Shown here one piece after another: positions 28,589 through 37,198 of a stretch of 64,000 nt of DNA. The notes beneath the pieces are model-generated. The model saw only the letters and a list, made by a program, of their open reading frames with translations, was not told the DNA's origin and did no database searches. This stretch comes from Candidatus Latescibacterota bacterium (lineage in GTDB: Bacteria; Latescibacterota; UBA2968; GCA-2709665): the NCBI GenBank assembly GCA_965248435.1, contig OZ252100.1:4512001-4576000 (forward strand), written 5' to 3'. How positions within the stretch are numbered: position 1 is the stretch's first letter; each line of letters starts with the position of its first letter. The position numbers were made by a program, and so were the translations under genes.

Positions 28589-29872
28589 ATGGGAAATTCA
28601 AATGCAGAAACAGCGGACAGGGAAGGGGAGCGTCTGAATCCCCTGGACATCGCCAAGCAGCAGCTCGACCTTGCGGCGGAACGGCTCCAACTGGACCAGG
28701 CCACCCACGAGCGGCTGCGGCATCCAAGGCGGTCCTTTACCTTTTCGATTCCAACAGAGATGGATGATGGATCGGTCCAGGTTTTCACCGGTCATCGGGT
28801 GCACCACAACCTCCTCAGGGGACCGGCGAAGGGGGGGATCCGATATCACCCCGACGTGACGCTGGACGAGGTGACCGCACTCGCGATGTGGATGACCTGG
28901 AAGTGCGCCCTTGTGAATATCCCTTTCGGGGGCGGGAAAGGGGGTGTGGTATGCAATCCGAAAGAGATGACTGAAAATGAGCTGAGGCGCATGACGCGCC
29001 GGATGACATCGGAGCTTATGATCATTCTGGGTCACGACAAGGATGTGCCGGCGCCGGATGTCGGTACAAACGCTCAGACGATGGCGTGGATCCTGGACAC
29101 CTACAGCATGAATGTGGGCCACACGGTTCCGAGTGTGGTCACCGGTAAACCGCTATTTCTGGGCGGCTCCCAAGGGCGCGAGGAGGCTACATCCCGTGGA
29201 TGCGTCTTTACGGTGATGGACGCGCTCGAGAATCTGGAAATCCCGACGGAGGGGATCCGGGTGGCCGTCCAAGGATTTGGGAATGTGGGGCGGATCGCGG
29301 CCCAACTGATTGAGCGAGAGGGGGCCAGGGTCGTGGCAGTAAGCGACTCGCAGGGCGGGATCTACAACCCTAAGGGGCTCGACATGGACGCTGTCGTGGC
29401 CCACAAGCAGGAATCGGGGCAAGTCAAAGACTACCGGTCTTCGGATGCGGTCACGAACAGTGAGTTGCTGGAGTTGGAATGTGATGTACTCATTCCCGCT
29501 GCCCTCGAGAACCAGATTACGAAATCCAATGCATCAGAAATCAAGGCAAAGATCGTAGCGGAAGGAGCCAACGGGCCGACAACACCAGAGGCAGACCAGA
29601 TTCTGTTCGATCGGGGTGTTTTCATGGTTCCGGATATCCTTGCGAATGCCGGGGGTGTGACCGTTTCCTACTTTGAGTGGGTGCAGGGGCTGATGGAGTT
29701 CTTCTGGGAGGAGGAGGAGGTCAACCGAAGACTTAAGCGGATTATGCAGAAGGCTTTCGCGGAGACGCTGGAGGTATCGCGCAAAGAGAAGGTCGATATG
29801 CGTACGGCCAGCTACGAGTTGGCCGTGTCGAGGGTGGGCGAGGCCGCTCGTACGTTAGGAGTGTATCCTTAA
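28589..29872 (+). CDS. gdhA: Glutamate (Glu/Leu/Phe/Val) dehydrogenase
   Basis: 'GPAKGGIRYHP', 'GGGKGG', 'DVPAPDVGT', 'QGFGNVG', 'EGANGP', 'NAGGVTVSYFEWVQ'. Confidence 0.95.
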   Translation: MGNSNAETADREGERLNPLDIAKQQLDLAAERLQLDQATHERLRHPRRSFTFSIPTEMDDGSVQVFTGHRVHHNLLRGPAKGGIRYHPDVTLDEVTALAMWMTWKCALVNIPFGGGKGGVVCNPKEMTENELRRMTRRMTSELMIILGHDKDVPAPDVGTNAQTMAWILDTYSMNVGHTVPSVVTGKPLFLGGSQGREEATSRGCVFTVMDALENLEIPTEGIRVAVQGFGNVGRIAAQLIEREGARVVAVSDSQGGIYNPKGLDMDAVVAHKQESGQVKDYRSSDAVTNSELLELECDVLIPAALENQITKSNASEIKAKIVAEGANGPTTPEADQILFDRGVFMVPDILANAGGVTVSYFEWVQGLMEFFWEEEEVNRRLKRIMQKAFAETLEVSRKEKVDMRTASYELAVSRVGEAARTLGVYP

Positions 29873-30036
29873 ATCACGGAGGCTATGGGGAAATCGGCAA
29901 ATACACGGAAGGGTCGGGTGAGGTATAAAGGCTGCGAGATGGCGCTAGATGAGAAGGACTCTGGTGTGCACGGAGGGCCACGGAAATTTCCGATTGCGGA
30001 ATGAAAGGCATCGTTTACCGCAAAGGAGTGCTCACA

Positions 30037-30246
30037 ATGTTTGGTTTCGGACACTGGGAAATTCTGATCATCGTGCTGGTCCTCGTGCTGATCTTCGGTG
30101 CCAGGCGGATTCCTGAGATGGCCAGGGGTGTGGGCAAGGGAATCATAGAATTCAAGAAGGCATTGGGTGAAGGCCGGAAAGAGGAAACTCCGAAAGAGAG
30201 TCCACAAGATCAGGCAGCCAAAGAGGAGGAAAAAGATGGAGAATGA
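30037..30246 (+). CDS. tatA: Twin-arginine translocase TatA/E subunit
   Basis: AAGGAG then ATG; MFGFGHWEILII..LIFGARRIPEMARGVGKGIIEFKK. Confidence 0.9.
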   Translation: MFGFGHWEILIIVLVLVLIFGARRIPEMARGVGKGIIEFKKALGEGRKEETPKESPQDQAAKEEEKDGE

Positions 30247-30569
30247 ACCTCGTCCCCCGAAGGTGCATCAGGAATTCATAAATCGGTTTCCCAAACTCCA
30301 ACTGGCGTGGGAATCTATCGCCGAGGCCGGAAAGCAAGGCCCATTGGATGAGCGTACGGCCTGGCTCGTGACAACTGGGGATCGCCATCGGGGCACTTAG
30401 AGAGGGTGCTGTAGACGCCAGTGTGCGTAAAGGCCTCTCCCTGGGCATCTCACAGGAAGAGATCGAGCAGGTCGTCGCCCTGGCTGCGGGGACGATCGGC
30501 CTGCCTTCAACGGCGGCGGCCTTTTCCTGGGTTCAGGACGTGGTGGTCAAGAACCAGACCCCGGCTTGA
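30236..30569 (+). pseudogene. Carboxymuconolactone decarboxylase (CMD/AhpD)-family gene with a frameshift at about 30371
   Basis: MENEPRPPKV..GPLDERTAWLV continues in another frame as QLGIAIGALREGAV..GISQEEIEQVVALAAGTIGLP; one extra base. Confidence 0.7.
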
Positions 30570-30623
30570 GGCACGCCGGGGCGTTTTAATTTCCGTCGCT
30601 TGGTTCAACGCAAGTGACTCGCC

Positions 30624-30911
30624 CTACATCGTAATCGTCAGCTTTCTCCTGCGATCCGCTCGCGTACTGCTATGTCGGTCCTGCAGGTCTTCGACCGCGT
30701 CCTTCATCCCGCTGACTCGAAATCGATGGACCTCTTCATTTTCCCGCGTAGCCTTAAGCCTTTCGCGCGCCTGCTCAAGGCTGTCTTTATCCCTCCGCCG
30801 ACCGACACGAAGGGATTCAATGCGTTTCACCAGGTTCTGGATCTCGAACGCGGTATAGTACTTGAATGTTGCGAGGATGGCAAACGCGAGAATGGCAAGC
30901 AACCACCACAT
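30624..30911 (-). CDS. Small membrane-anchored coiled-coil hypothetical protein
   Basis: 95 aa; hydrophobic N-terminus MWWLLAILAFAILA followed by a charged helix. Confidence 0.55.
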   Translation of the reverse strand: MWWLLAILAFAILATFKYYTAFEIQNLVKRIESLRVGRRRDKDSLEQARERLKATRENEEVHRFRVSGMKDAVEDLQDRHSSTRADRRRKLTITM

Positions 30912-30964
30912 AAGACCGTCCTATGAGGGTGGACCTTTCCTCCTAGAGAGCATCCGGCGTGCGA

Positions 30965-31201
30965 TCACGAATGGTACAGGAGTTGATCCAGGAACTGCCT
31001 GGACAACTGTGTTTCTTCTATCCTCGAGGAAAAATCCGTCCTGAACTTCTCTATGCCAGGGAAACGCCGGCCTGGCTTCACGATCACCAGCCAAAAGTAG
31101 AGAATCACCAGTCCAACGATCAGCGCCCCGATGATGGCATAACCAATGATTTTCCTACGCCTCAGGATCTTTCTTTGCCTCATTAAAGTTCCGCTTACCA
31201 T
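30965..31201 (-). CDS. Small single-TM hypothetical protein
   Basis: Within ORF 30965..31342; GAGGTG RBS before ATG 31201; basic stretch then one TM (IIGYAIIGALIVGLVILYFWLVIV). Confidence 0.5.
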   Translation of the reverse strand: MVSGTLMRQRKILRRRKIIGYAIIGALIVGLVILYFWLVIVKPGRRFPGIEKFRTDFSSRIEETQLSRQFLDQLLYHS

Positions 31202-31655
31202 AACAGGCATCACCTCTCTTCGATGCAGCACAAACGAGAATAGCCGCACCTGCCCAAAGTCTTCGGCAGTGCGGCTATATTTTGATTTTATGAGCCTCTT
31301 CTTCTGACCCCGTGTTTGACACCAGGCCAGATGAGGACACATGATTTTTCACGCCCAGACTTCTCTGCAGATGGCCCTTCTCTGAGGGCTTTTTACAAAC
31401 TAAACTGAATCATCCATAGGCGTCCTCCCCGACAGAGGAAAATCCGCCGGCACAATTCGCTAACCGCGCTTTACAATGATAAATGTACCAGGTTATGGTT
31501 CACCGTCAAGCTGTGGAGTCTTGAAAAGTGGCTGACCAGGGGCGCCGGCGGACTGCGGATAAGATTCCCTTCATGATAATTGGAAAACGGATGAGATTTT
31601 CTTATAACATAGCTTAAAATATGATGTTGCGATCGTCTTTTCTCGAAAAACGGTA

Positions 31656-31684
31656 TTGACATCTGTTGGGATGTAGGCTATAAT
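31656..31684 (+). promoter_or_regulatory. Perfect-consensus sigma-70 promoter
   Basis: TTGACA-17 nt-TATAAT. Confidence 0.85.
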
Positions 31685-31708
31685 TTAGGCAGAAGTTGAA
31701 AGTAAGAA

Positions 31709-31884
31709 GCGTGGGCGCACCATCCGAAATGATCTGTGTTCGACCGAGCGGCTTGCGCAGCACGGAAACCATGGATCGTCAGCGTAATTTCTGACCTGGA
31801 ATACAATATTCCGAAACGGCCCGAATGGCGCTGGCCAACGGTCTGAGTGAAGGGATCACGGATGTGAGTTGCGTGCCCAGACGC
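31709..31884 (+). ncRNA. ssrS: Candidate 6S RNA (rod-shaped ncRNA of about 175 nt)
   Basis: Follows the perfect promoter with no credible ORF. The ends pair in nested order (GGGCGCA with TGCGTGCCC, CATCCG/CGGATG, GATC/GATC, GACCG/CGGTC), with internal bubbles and an apical GTCAG/CTGAC stem. Confidence 0.55.
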
Positions 31885-31921
31885 AGTGCAGGAAAGGAGG
31901 CTACGTGGATTTCTGTCTAAC

Positions 31922-31978
31922 GTGGCCGTGAGCGGATAGCTTCTGATTGGTTTCTTGCTCGCGGCCGCGTTCTTTTTT
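31922..31978 (+). terminator. Terminator-like hairpin after the ncRNA
   Basis: GTGGCCGTGAGC ... GCTCGCGGCCGC followed by GTTCTTTTTT. Confidence 0.55.
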
Positions 31979-32090
31979 GTCCATATGATCTTACCTCTCA
32001 TCAGTGTTGAGAGGTTTTTTTGTTGTCAAATCAAGAATCCGAATTCTGTTATTCGCGGTCTGGAGACCGCTCCTACCGGACGTATTGGGC

Positions 32091-32127
32091 AAAAAGAAGC
32101 GCCCCCGGAAATCCTGTTCCCGGGGGC
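32091..32127 (-). terminator. Intrinsic terminator of the DUF151 gene
   Basis: GCCCCCGG/CCGGGGGC stem with an A-tract on the + strand (U-tract on the minus strand). Confidence 0.6.
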
Positions 32128-32149
32128 TGAAGGTCTCAGGCTCACCAGA

Positions 32150-32812
32150 TCAGTCTGTTTTTCCTTTGATGCGATCGATCTCCTTCTTGATGCGGGCCGC
32201 CTCCTCGTAACGCTCGAGTTTCGCCGCAATCTGCATCTCTCGACTCAAGTCTTCCAGTCTCCTTTTGCTCTCCCCTTTGCTCCCGTCTCTATTATCTGTC
32301 CGGTGAGTTTCCTTCAGGAGGTGTTCAATCGCGTCCTTGAGATCATCCGACCCAACCTGCACAGGGTCGGAGTGGGGTGGCTTGGCTTCAAATTCGAATC
32401 CCGCCTTTCCCTGCTTGACCATCAGTCCTGCCTTTGACAATACCTTTTCTGATATATATATGGGAGCACCACACCTGATGGCCAGGGCGATGCTATCGCT
32501 GGGGCGGGCATCAATGCAGATGGATTCCTGGACTGAAGAGATCACGATCTGGGCGTAGAAGGTCACATCTTTAAGGTCGACGATCTGAACCTCCTGCACC
32601 TTGGCACCGAGCTTTTCCATCAGGGCCACGAAGAAATCGTGAGTGGTGGGGCGGCCTGATCGATTTTTCGTCAGGGTGGCCAGGATCGATGCCGCTTCTG
32701 TCTCCCCGATGATGATCGGAAGCATCGTATCATCCCGGACGCTCTTCAGCCACACGATTGTCTGCTTCCTCAGCGCGTCTGAGGTCAGCCCCTTGACCTG
32801 CATTTCAATCAT
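32150..32812 (-). CDS. Bifunctional nuclease (DUF151) with C-terminal UvrB/UvrC motif
   Basis: 'LPIIIGETEA', 'RPTTHD', 'IDARPSDSIALA', 'ERYEEAARIKKEI'. Confidence 0.9.
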   Translation of the reverse strand: MIEMQVKGLTSDALRKQTIVWLKSVRDDTMLPIIIGETEAASILATLTKNRSGRPTTHDFFVALMEKLGAKVQEVQIVDLKDVTFYAQIVISSVQESICIDARPSDSIALAIRCGAPIYISEKVLSKAGLMVKQGKAGFEFEAKPPHSDPVQVGSDDLKDAIEHLLKETHRTDNRDGSKGESKRRLEDLSREMQIAAKLERYEEAARIKKEIDRIKGKTD

Positions 32813-32878
32813 TACGATCCCATCATCTCAGTGAAATCACAGTGCTACTAGGAGGGCACTCTTATGCTATTTAAACTC

Positions 32879-32894
32879 TGCAATCGCTGTGCCA
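32879..32894 (-). promoter_or_regulatory. Consensus sigma-54 promoter upstream of the DUF151 gene
   Basis: Minus strand reads TGGCAC-AGCGA-TTGCA, about 67 nt upstream of the ATG. Confidence 0.75.
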
Positions 32895-33505
32895 GTTCCA
32901 TCAGCCAACCAGGAATTGGCCTAATCTTCGCTAAATCAAACGGTTACTTATTCTGTTCTTTTTTGTAGAGGTTTCAGGGTGGGAAAGGACCGGCGCTAAG
33001 TGTGGCGGAAGTGCCTCAACGGCGGGCTGGCACGTGAAGCAATCCGCCGATCTCCGAGTCCTGGACTACAACGGGCACAATGTCTTTCACAGTTTCTCGT
33101 TTTCGGACCTGGGGGAACCGGTCTTCTACGAAGGCGAATCGTTTGACCCGTTTGTGCCTGAAGAGGTGGCGAAGGTTGAGAGAAGAACCGGGTCTCTTTG
33201 GGGCAGCAGGCACTTTCACGTGAACAACACGCTGTATTGAACATTTTCAAGGTGCATAAACTCCGCAGGGACAACCAACCTGACCACAGAACAGATGTTT
33301 CGACCGACGGCGTTTAGATAACAATTTATTTTTAAAACAGTTAGTCGCAAATCGCCTTTCGCTTGACATTCCCAATCTTTAAGGCCATGTTTGATATTAA
33401 GTGGGTCAGTTCTTGGGGTCCGATGAGGGGTTCCTCCGCCATTTCTGGTATTCTGCGAACTGTTGTTCGTTCCGGGCGTCATGGGTGGAGAGGGGGGATT
33501 GGAAG

Positions 33506-33687
33506 ATGCCGATCTATGACTACCACTGACTGAGTGCGATCATGCCTTTTCCGTAACAGAAAGGATCAGCGAGCATGCTTCGAAGAAGGTGAAGTGTAAG
33601 GCTTGTTGGAAGCACCGTTGTCGAGCGGGTTTTTGCTTCCTCCTTGCCAAAGCTTCAAAGAAGAGCATACGGAGCACCTATGTATAG
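33506..33687 (+). pseudogene. FmdB-family zinc-ribbon gene with several indels
   Basis: MPIYDYH then a frameshift; restored reading is C-TEC-DHAF...KVKCKAC-GS..VERVF, the FmdB signature. About three indels in 180 bp. Confidence 0.7.
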
Positions 33688-33753
33688 ATGACGCGTCCAT
33701 TCAAGCGGGAAAGTGAAGGACATTGTATGAAACTCCGAACAAGGAGGAGAGAC

Positions 33754-34098
33754 ATGGCCGAAGCGACTGAGAAACTTCAAGAGGTCGAAGAAGTAAGCTT
33801 GCTGGACCAGACGCGGAAGAGAATGAGGACAGGAGAGGTCGGGGATACGGAACGTCTGATCTCGACCGTGACGGGCGGGACGATCCTGCTGTTCGGCCTG
33901 GGGCTGATCCGACGGTTTTTGGGCGGAGCAGGGCTTGCGGCGGCTGGAGGTTATCTTCTCTACCGAGGGATGACGGGCAAATGCCCCGCGTCGAAGGTCG
34001 TGGAGGACCGGTTCACCGCACTGGAACAGGCCATACAGAAGGAGAAGGATCAGGCAAAATCGAACGGCAAAGGGGAAGTCGAGACTTCTGAAGCTTAA
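33754..34098 (+). CDS. DUF2892 (YgaP-like) membrane protein
   Basis: AGGAGG then ATG; 'VGDTERLIS..GG..LLYRGMTGKCP'. Confidence 0.75.
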   Translation: MAEATEKLQEVEEVSLLDQTRKRMRTGEVGDTERLISTVTGGTILLFGLGLIRRFLGGAGLAAAGGYLLYRGMTGKCPASKVVEDRFTALEQAIQKEKDQAKSNGKGEVETSEA

Positions 34099-34118
34099 GG
34101 GTTCGACAAATATAGACA

Positions 34119-34147
34119 AAGGGGGACCTCAGGTGGTCCCCCTTCTT
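34119..34147. terminator. Bidirectional terminator between convergent genes
   Basis: AAGGGGGACC-TCAGGT-GGTCCCCCTT with flanking A and T runs. Confidence 0.7.
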
Positions 34148-34182
34148 GCAGGTGGCCAAGAATGATCAGGCGGACGATCAGG

Positions 34183-35049
34183 TTACATCAAATCTTTGAA
34201 CGCGCCTGGTAGCCCGGACATTCGGCGTTCGAAATAGTCTTGCATCTGGCCCATGGCGTGGTTCCTGATCTGTCGCACCCGCTCCCGTGTAATTCCCAGC
34301 TCTTGGCCGATATTGTCTAGTGTGCGTGGGCGCTGCTCATCCAGGCCGAAATACTCACCTACAACATGCTTTTCCCTGTCAGTGAGGGAGGCCATAGACT
34401 TCTGGATGAACTCTCTTTGGTCCCTCTGAAGCACGACACTGTCGACCTCCTCTGCTTCTGCTTTGATCACGTCCAGAAGCGTTCGATCTCCCCGGTCCGG
34501 TTTTTCGTAGAGCGGTGTGTCCAGTGAAAGGATGGGTTTTACACTCTTCAACGCGCGCTCGGCCCTTTCACGGCTGATCTTGACGTCATTCGAAACCTCC
34601 TCGAGCGTTGGCGTCCGACCGAGTTCTTGAGTCATTCGGTTCTGGTGACGGAGGATTCGCCCCATGTCTTCCTGCCTATTTGCGGGCACGGAGACGATCG
34701 AGTTCTGCTTGAGGGCCTTTTGAATCGATTGATGGATCCACCAGACCGCATAGCTGATGAATTTGTTTCCGAGGGTTTCGTCGAACCGTTTCAAGGCCTG
34801 TATCAGCCCGAGGTTCCCGTTCGCGATGAGTTCTGAGAGGGGCAGACCCCGCCCTCTATAGTGCATTGCGACGCTGACCACAAACCTGAGGTTTGAGGTG
34901 ATCAGATGTTCAACGGCCTTCTGATCTCCTTTTCGGATCCGTAGCACGGTCTTTTCTTCTTCCTCCCGACTCATAGGAGGATATTTTCGAAGCTCTGCCA
35001 TGTAGCTCTGGACGGTACGCGTATCAGGTTCTTGGTGCAAAAATTTCAT
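34183..35049 (-). CDS. RNA polymerase sigma-70 factor, RpoD/RpoS-like, lacking region 1.1
   Basis: 'LITSNLRFVVSVA', 'KFISYAVWWI', 'SLDTP', 'GITRERVRQI'. Confidence 0.9.
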   Translation of the reverse strand: MKFLHQEPDTRTVQSYMAELRKYPPMSREEEEKTVLRIRKGDQKAVEHLITSNLRFVVSVAMHYRGRGLPLSELIANGNLGLIQALKRFDETLGNKFISYAVWWIHQSIQKALKQNSIVSVPANRQEDMGRILRHQNRMTQELGRTPTLEEVSNDVKISRERAERALKSVKPILSLDTPLYEKPDRGDRTLLDVIKAEAEEVDSVVLQRDQREFIQKSMASLTDREKHVVGEYFGLDEQRPRTLDNIGQELGITRERVRQIRNHAMGQMQDYFERRMSGLPGAFKDLM

Positions 35050-35445
35050 CTCGGGGCCTCTTTAGAGAACTTTAGACCCTCCCCTTCACTAAGACGATTC
35101 CTGTCCATAACTTATTGAAAATATACCAGTTTTTTAAGTGTTGGGAAGGGGTAGATAGCGCGGTACGTCGGTCATACGACAGCTTGGAGGGAACAACCGT
35201 TAGCTACTCTTACTTTTTTGTATAGGCTAAATAAACAATATCTTATCTCTGGTTCTGGTTGCCTGGTCATTATCCTACAGTTCCTGGCAACAGCAAAAAT
35301 TTCAATGCTTGAATTCAAAGCCCCCTGAACATTATATTTGTAGTATACCGGCCTTGCCACACATCGAAGGACCTCCAAACGCATCGGGTGACCGGGCGGT
35401 TATTCGGGGATTCGGACGATCCTTATTTCTTCAAGGGGAAAGAGC

Positions 35446-36120
35446 ATGGCGATCATAACCCTTTCCAGGGAGTACGGTAGCGGCGGCCGTAAAGTGGGTG
35501 CCAAGGCCGCTGAGGCCCTTGGGTACTTCCTGTTGGACAAAGACCTGATCCGGGGGGTTGCACTGGAGGCAAACGTACCGGTCTCGGAGGTTGAAAGCTT
35601 CGACGAACAACCCGAGCATCCCATAGCCCGGGCCGTCCGAAAATTACTGACCCCGACCCACCCAGGAGTCGTAACCGGTTTCGAGGGAGATTTGTGGGGG
35701 ACGATGGTGGGTGTTCCGGGCTTGGGCGATGAGGGCGAACTGCAGGAGAACCTGGATGAGGATGCTTATGTAAGCATGACGCAAAAGGTGATGCTTCACA
35801 TTGCGAATAAGGGAAATGTAGTCATAACCGGACGAGGCAGCCAGGCGCTGTTTTCCGACCGAGCAGATGTCCTTCACGTTCGGATTGTGGCGAATGAGGC
35901 GTTCAAGATCCAATACCTCATGGAGGAAGATGGTCTCCTCCGGGACGACGCGATTAAGCGTATCCGAAAAGTGGACGACCAGCGTCGTCGCTACATCAAG
36001 CGACACTTCGGTATTGTGTGGGATAGGCCAGAATATTATCACATGATCATTAACACCGAAAAGACAGCGGTAGACGGGGCATCTCACCTAATCGTGCAGG
36101 CCGTACGTAACCTTCAGTGA
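35446..36120 (+). CDS. Cytidylate kinase-like family protein
   Basis: 'IITLSREYGSGG', 'VVITGRGS', 'D..RRRY', 'YHMIINT'. Confidence 0.85.
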   Translation: MAIITLSREYGSGGRKVGAKAAEALGYFLLDKDLIRGVALEANVPVSEVESFDEQPEHPIARAVRKLLTPTHPGVVTGFEGDLWGTMVGVPGLGDEGELQENLDEDAYVSMTQKVMLHIANKGNVVITGRGSQALFSDRADVLHVRIVANEAFKIQYLMEEDGLLRDDAIKRIRKVDDQRRRYIKRHFGIVWDRPEYYHMIINTEKTAVDGASHLIVQAVRNLQ

Positions 36121-36349
36121 GGCAAAGACAGTCTCTCGAGGGAACAATAGCAGTATCGGTGTTCATTTTCGAATAACACGAGCTTTAATTCAGTAGGCGA
36201 CCAGTCGATCTTTTGATGCGCAATTGCATCAATCTAATCGTCTCCTCTGGAGCTGCTGCTGAGTGAAGCCTTTGAAACCGTCGTCAATGTCTGCTGCAGA
36301 GTGGCCGCATTGACGATTTTCTTTTTTCTTCAACCCTGCGAATCTCCTC

Positions 36350-37057
36350 ATGAGAAATGCACCTCTCATAGGTATGACGACTCATCACCGTGATGATCAA
36401 CACGGCTTTACCCTACCCGACAAGTACGTCGATGCGCTGCGCCGAGCAGGAGGCATCCCCTTCTTGATTCCGCCGGGTGAAAGACGCCTGGACCAGTTGC
36501 TGGTCCTTTTGGACGGGATGGTTCTGTCCGGCGGCGGCGACATCGATCCCGCTTCGTACGGAGGCCAGGATCACGAAGCCCTATACAACGTCAGCCCGGA
36601 AAGGGATGAGACCGAACTCGCTATCATCTCAAAAATTGTTAGCACGCGAATGCCGCTGATGTTCATTTGTCGTGGGATGCAAATGCTCAATGTGGCACTT
36701 GGCGGCACGATCATCCCACATTTGCCGGATGTCGTAGGAGAAAAGGTTAGCCACCGTGCTCCTCCCCGTAGCCCGATTCCTCATTCCGTTCAAATTCATT
36801 CGGATTCTCGGTTGGCTGAAATTATGCAAGCCGACTCTGTAGAAACGGCATCGTGGCACCACCAGGCGATCGAAAAACTTGCACAGCCGTTAAGAGTCGT
36901 CGCCCACGCACCTGATGGAACGATCGAGGCGGTAGAGTTACCTGACCATCCGTGGCTAGTGGCTGTTCAGTGGCATCCGGAAGTCACAGCAGCCGATGAC
37001 CCGACTCAACAGCGACTCTTCGACAGCCTGGTAGAATTTGCTACGAACGAGAAATGA
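36350..37057 (+). CDS. Gamma-glutamyl-gamma-aminobutyrate hydrolase family (peptidase C26, PuuD-like)
   Basis: 'LSGGGDIDP', nucleophile in 'ICRGMQ', 'SWHHQA', 'VQWHPE'. Confidence 0.9.
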   Translation: MRNAPLIGMTTHHRDDQHGFTLPDKYVDALRRAGGIPFLIPPGERRLDQLLVLLDGMVLSGGGDIDPASYGGQDHEALYNVSPERDETELAIISKIVSTRMPLMFICRGMQMLNVALGGTIIPHLPDVVGEKVSHRAPPRSPIPHSVQIHSDSRLAEIMQADSVETASWHHQAIEKLAQPLRVVAHAPDGTIEAVELPDHPWLVAVQWHPEVTAADDPTQQRLFDSLVEFATNEK

Positions 37058-37198
37058 TTCCAAGATTGAAGGAAGTGGGCAAGGGCGTTGTATTGCCCAA
37101 ACGACCAGAATCAGCTAGATTGATTGTAGTAACCATTTGATTTCAATCGTACTTGGGGAATCACAACTCAACTGATATCCCAAGGCGAAGGGTGAGCC

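Noticed and set aside
31955-32437. 160-aa plus-strand ORF as target of the perfect promoter at 31656
   Set aside because: It starts inside the terminator hairpin, lacks an RBS and overlaps the DUF151 gene in antisense.
33034-33240. 68-aa ORF (MKQSADLRVLDYNGH...)
   Set aside because: Protein-like but no clear RBS or recognisable family; may be a gene remnant, too weak to list.
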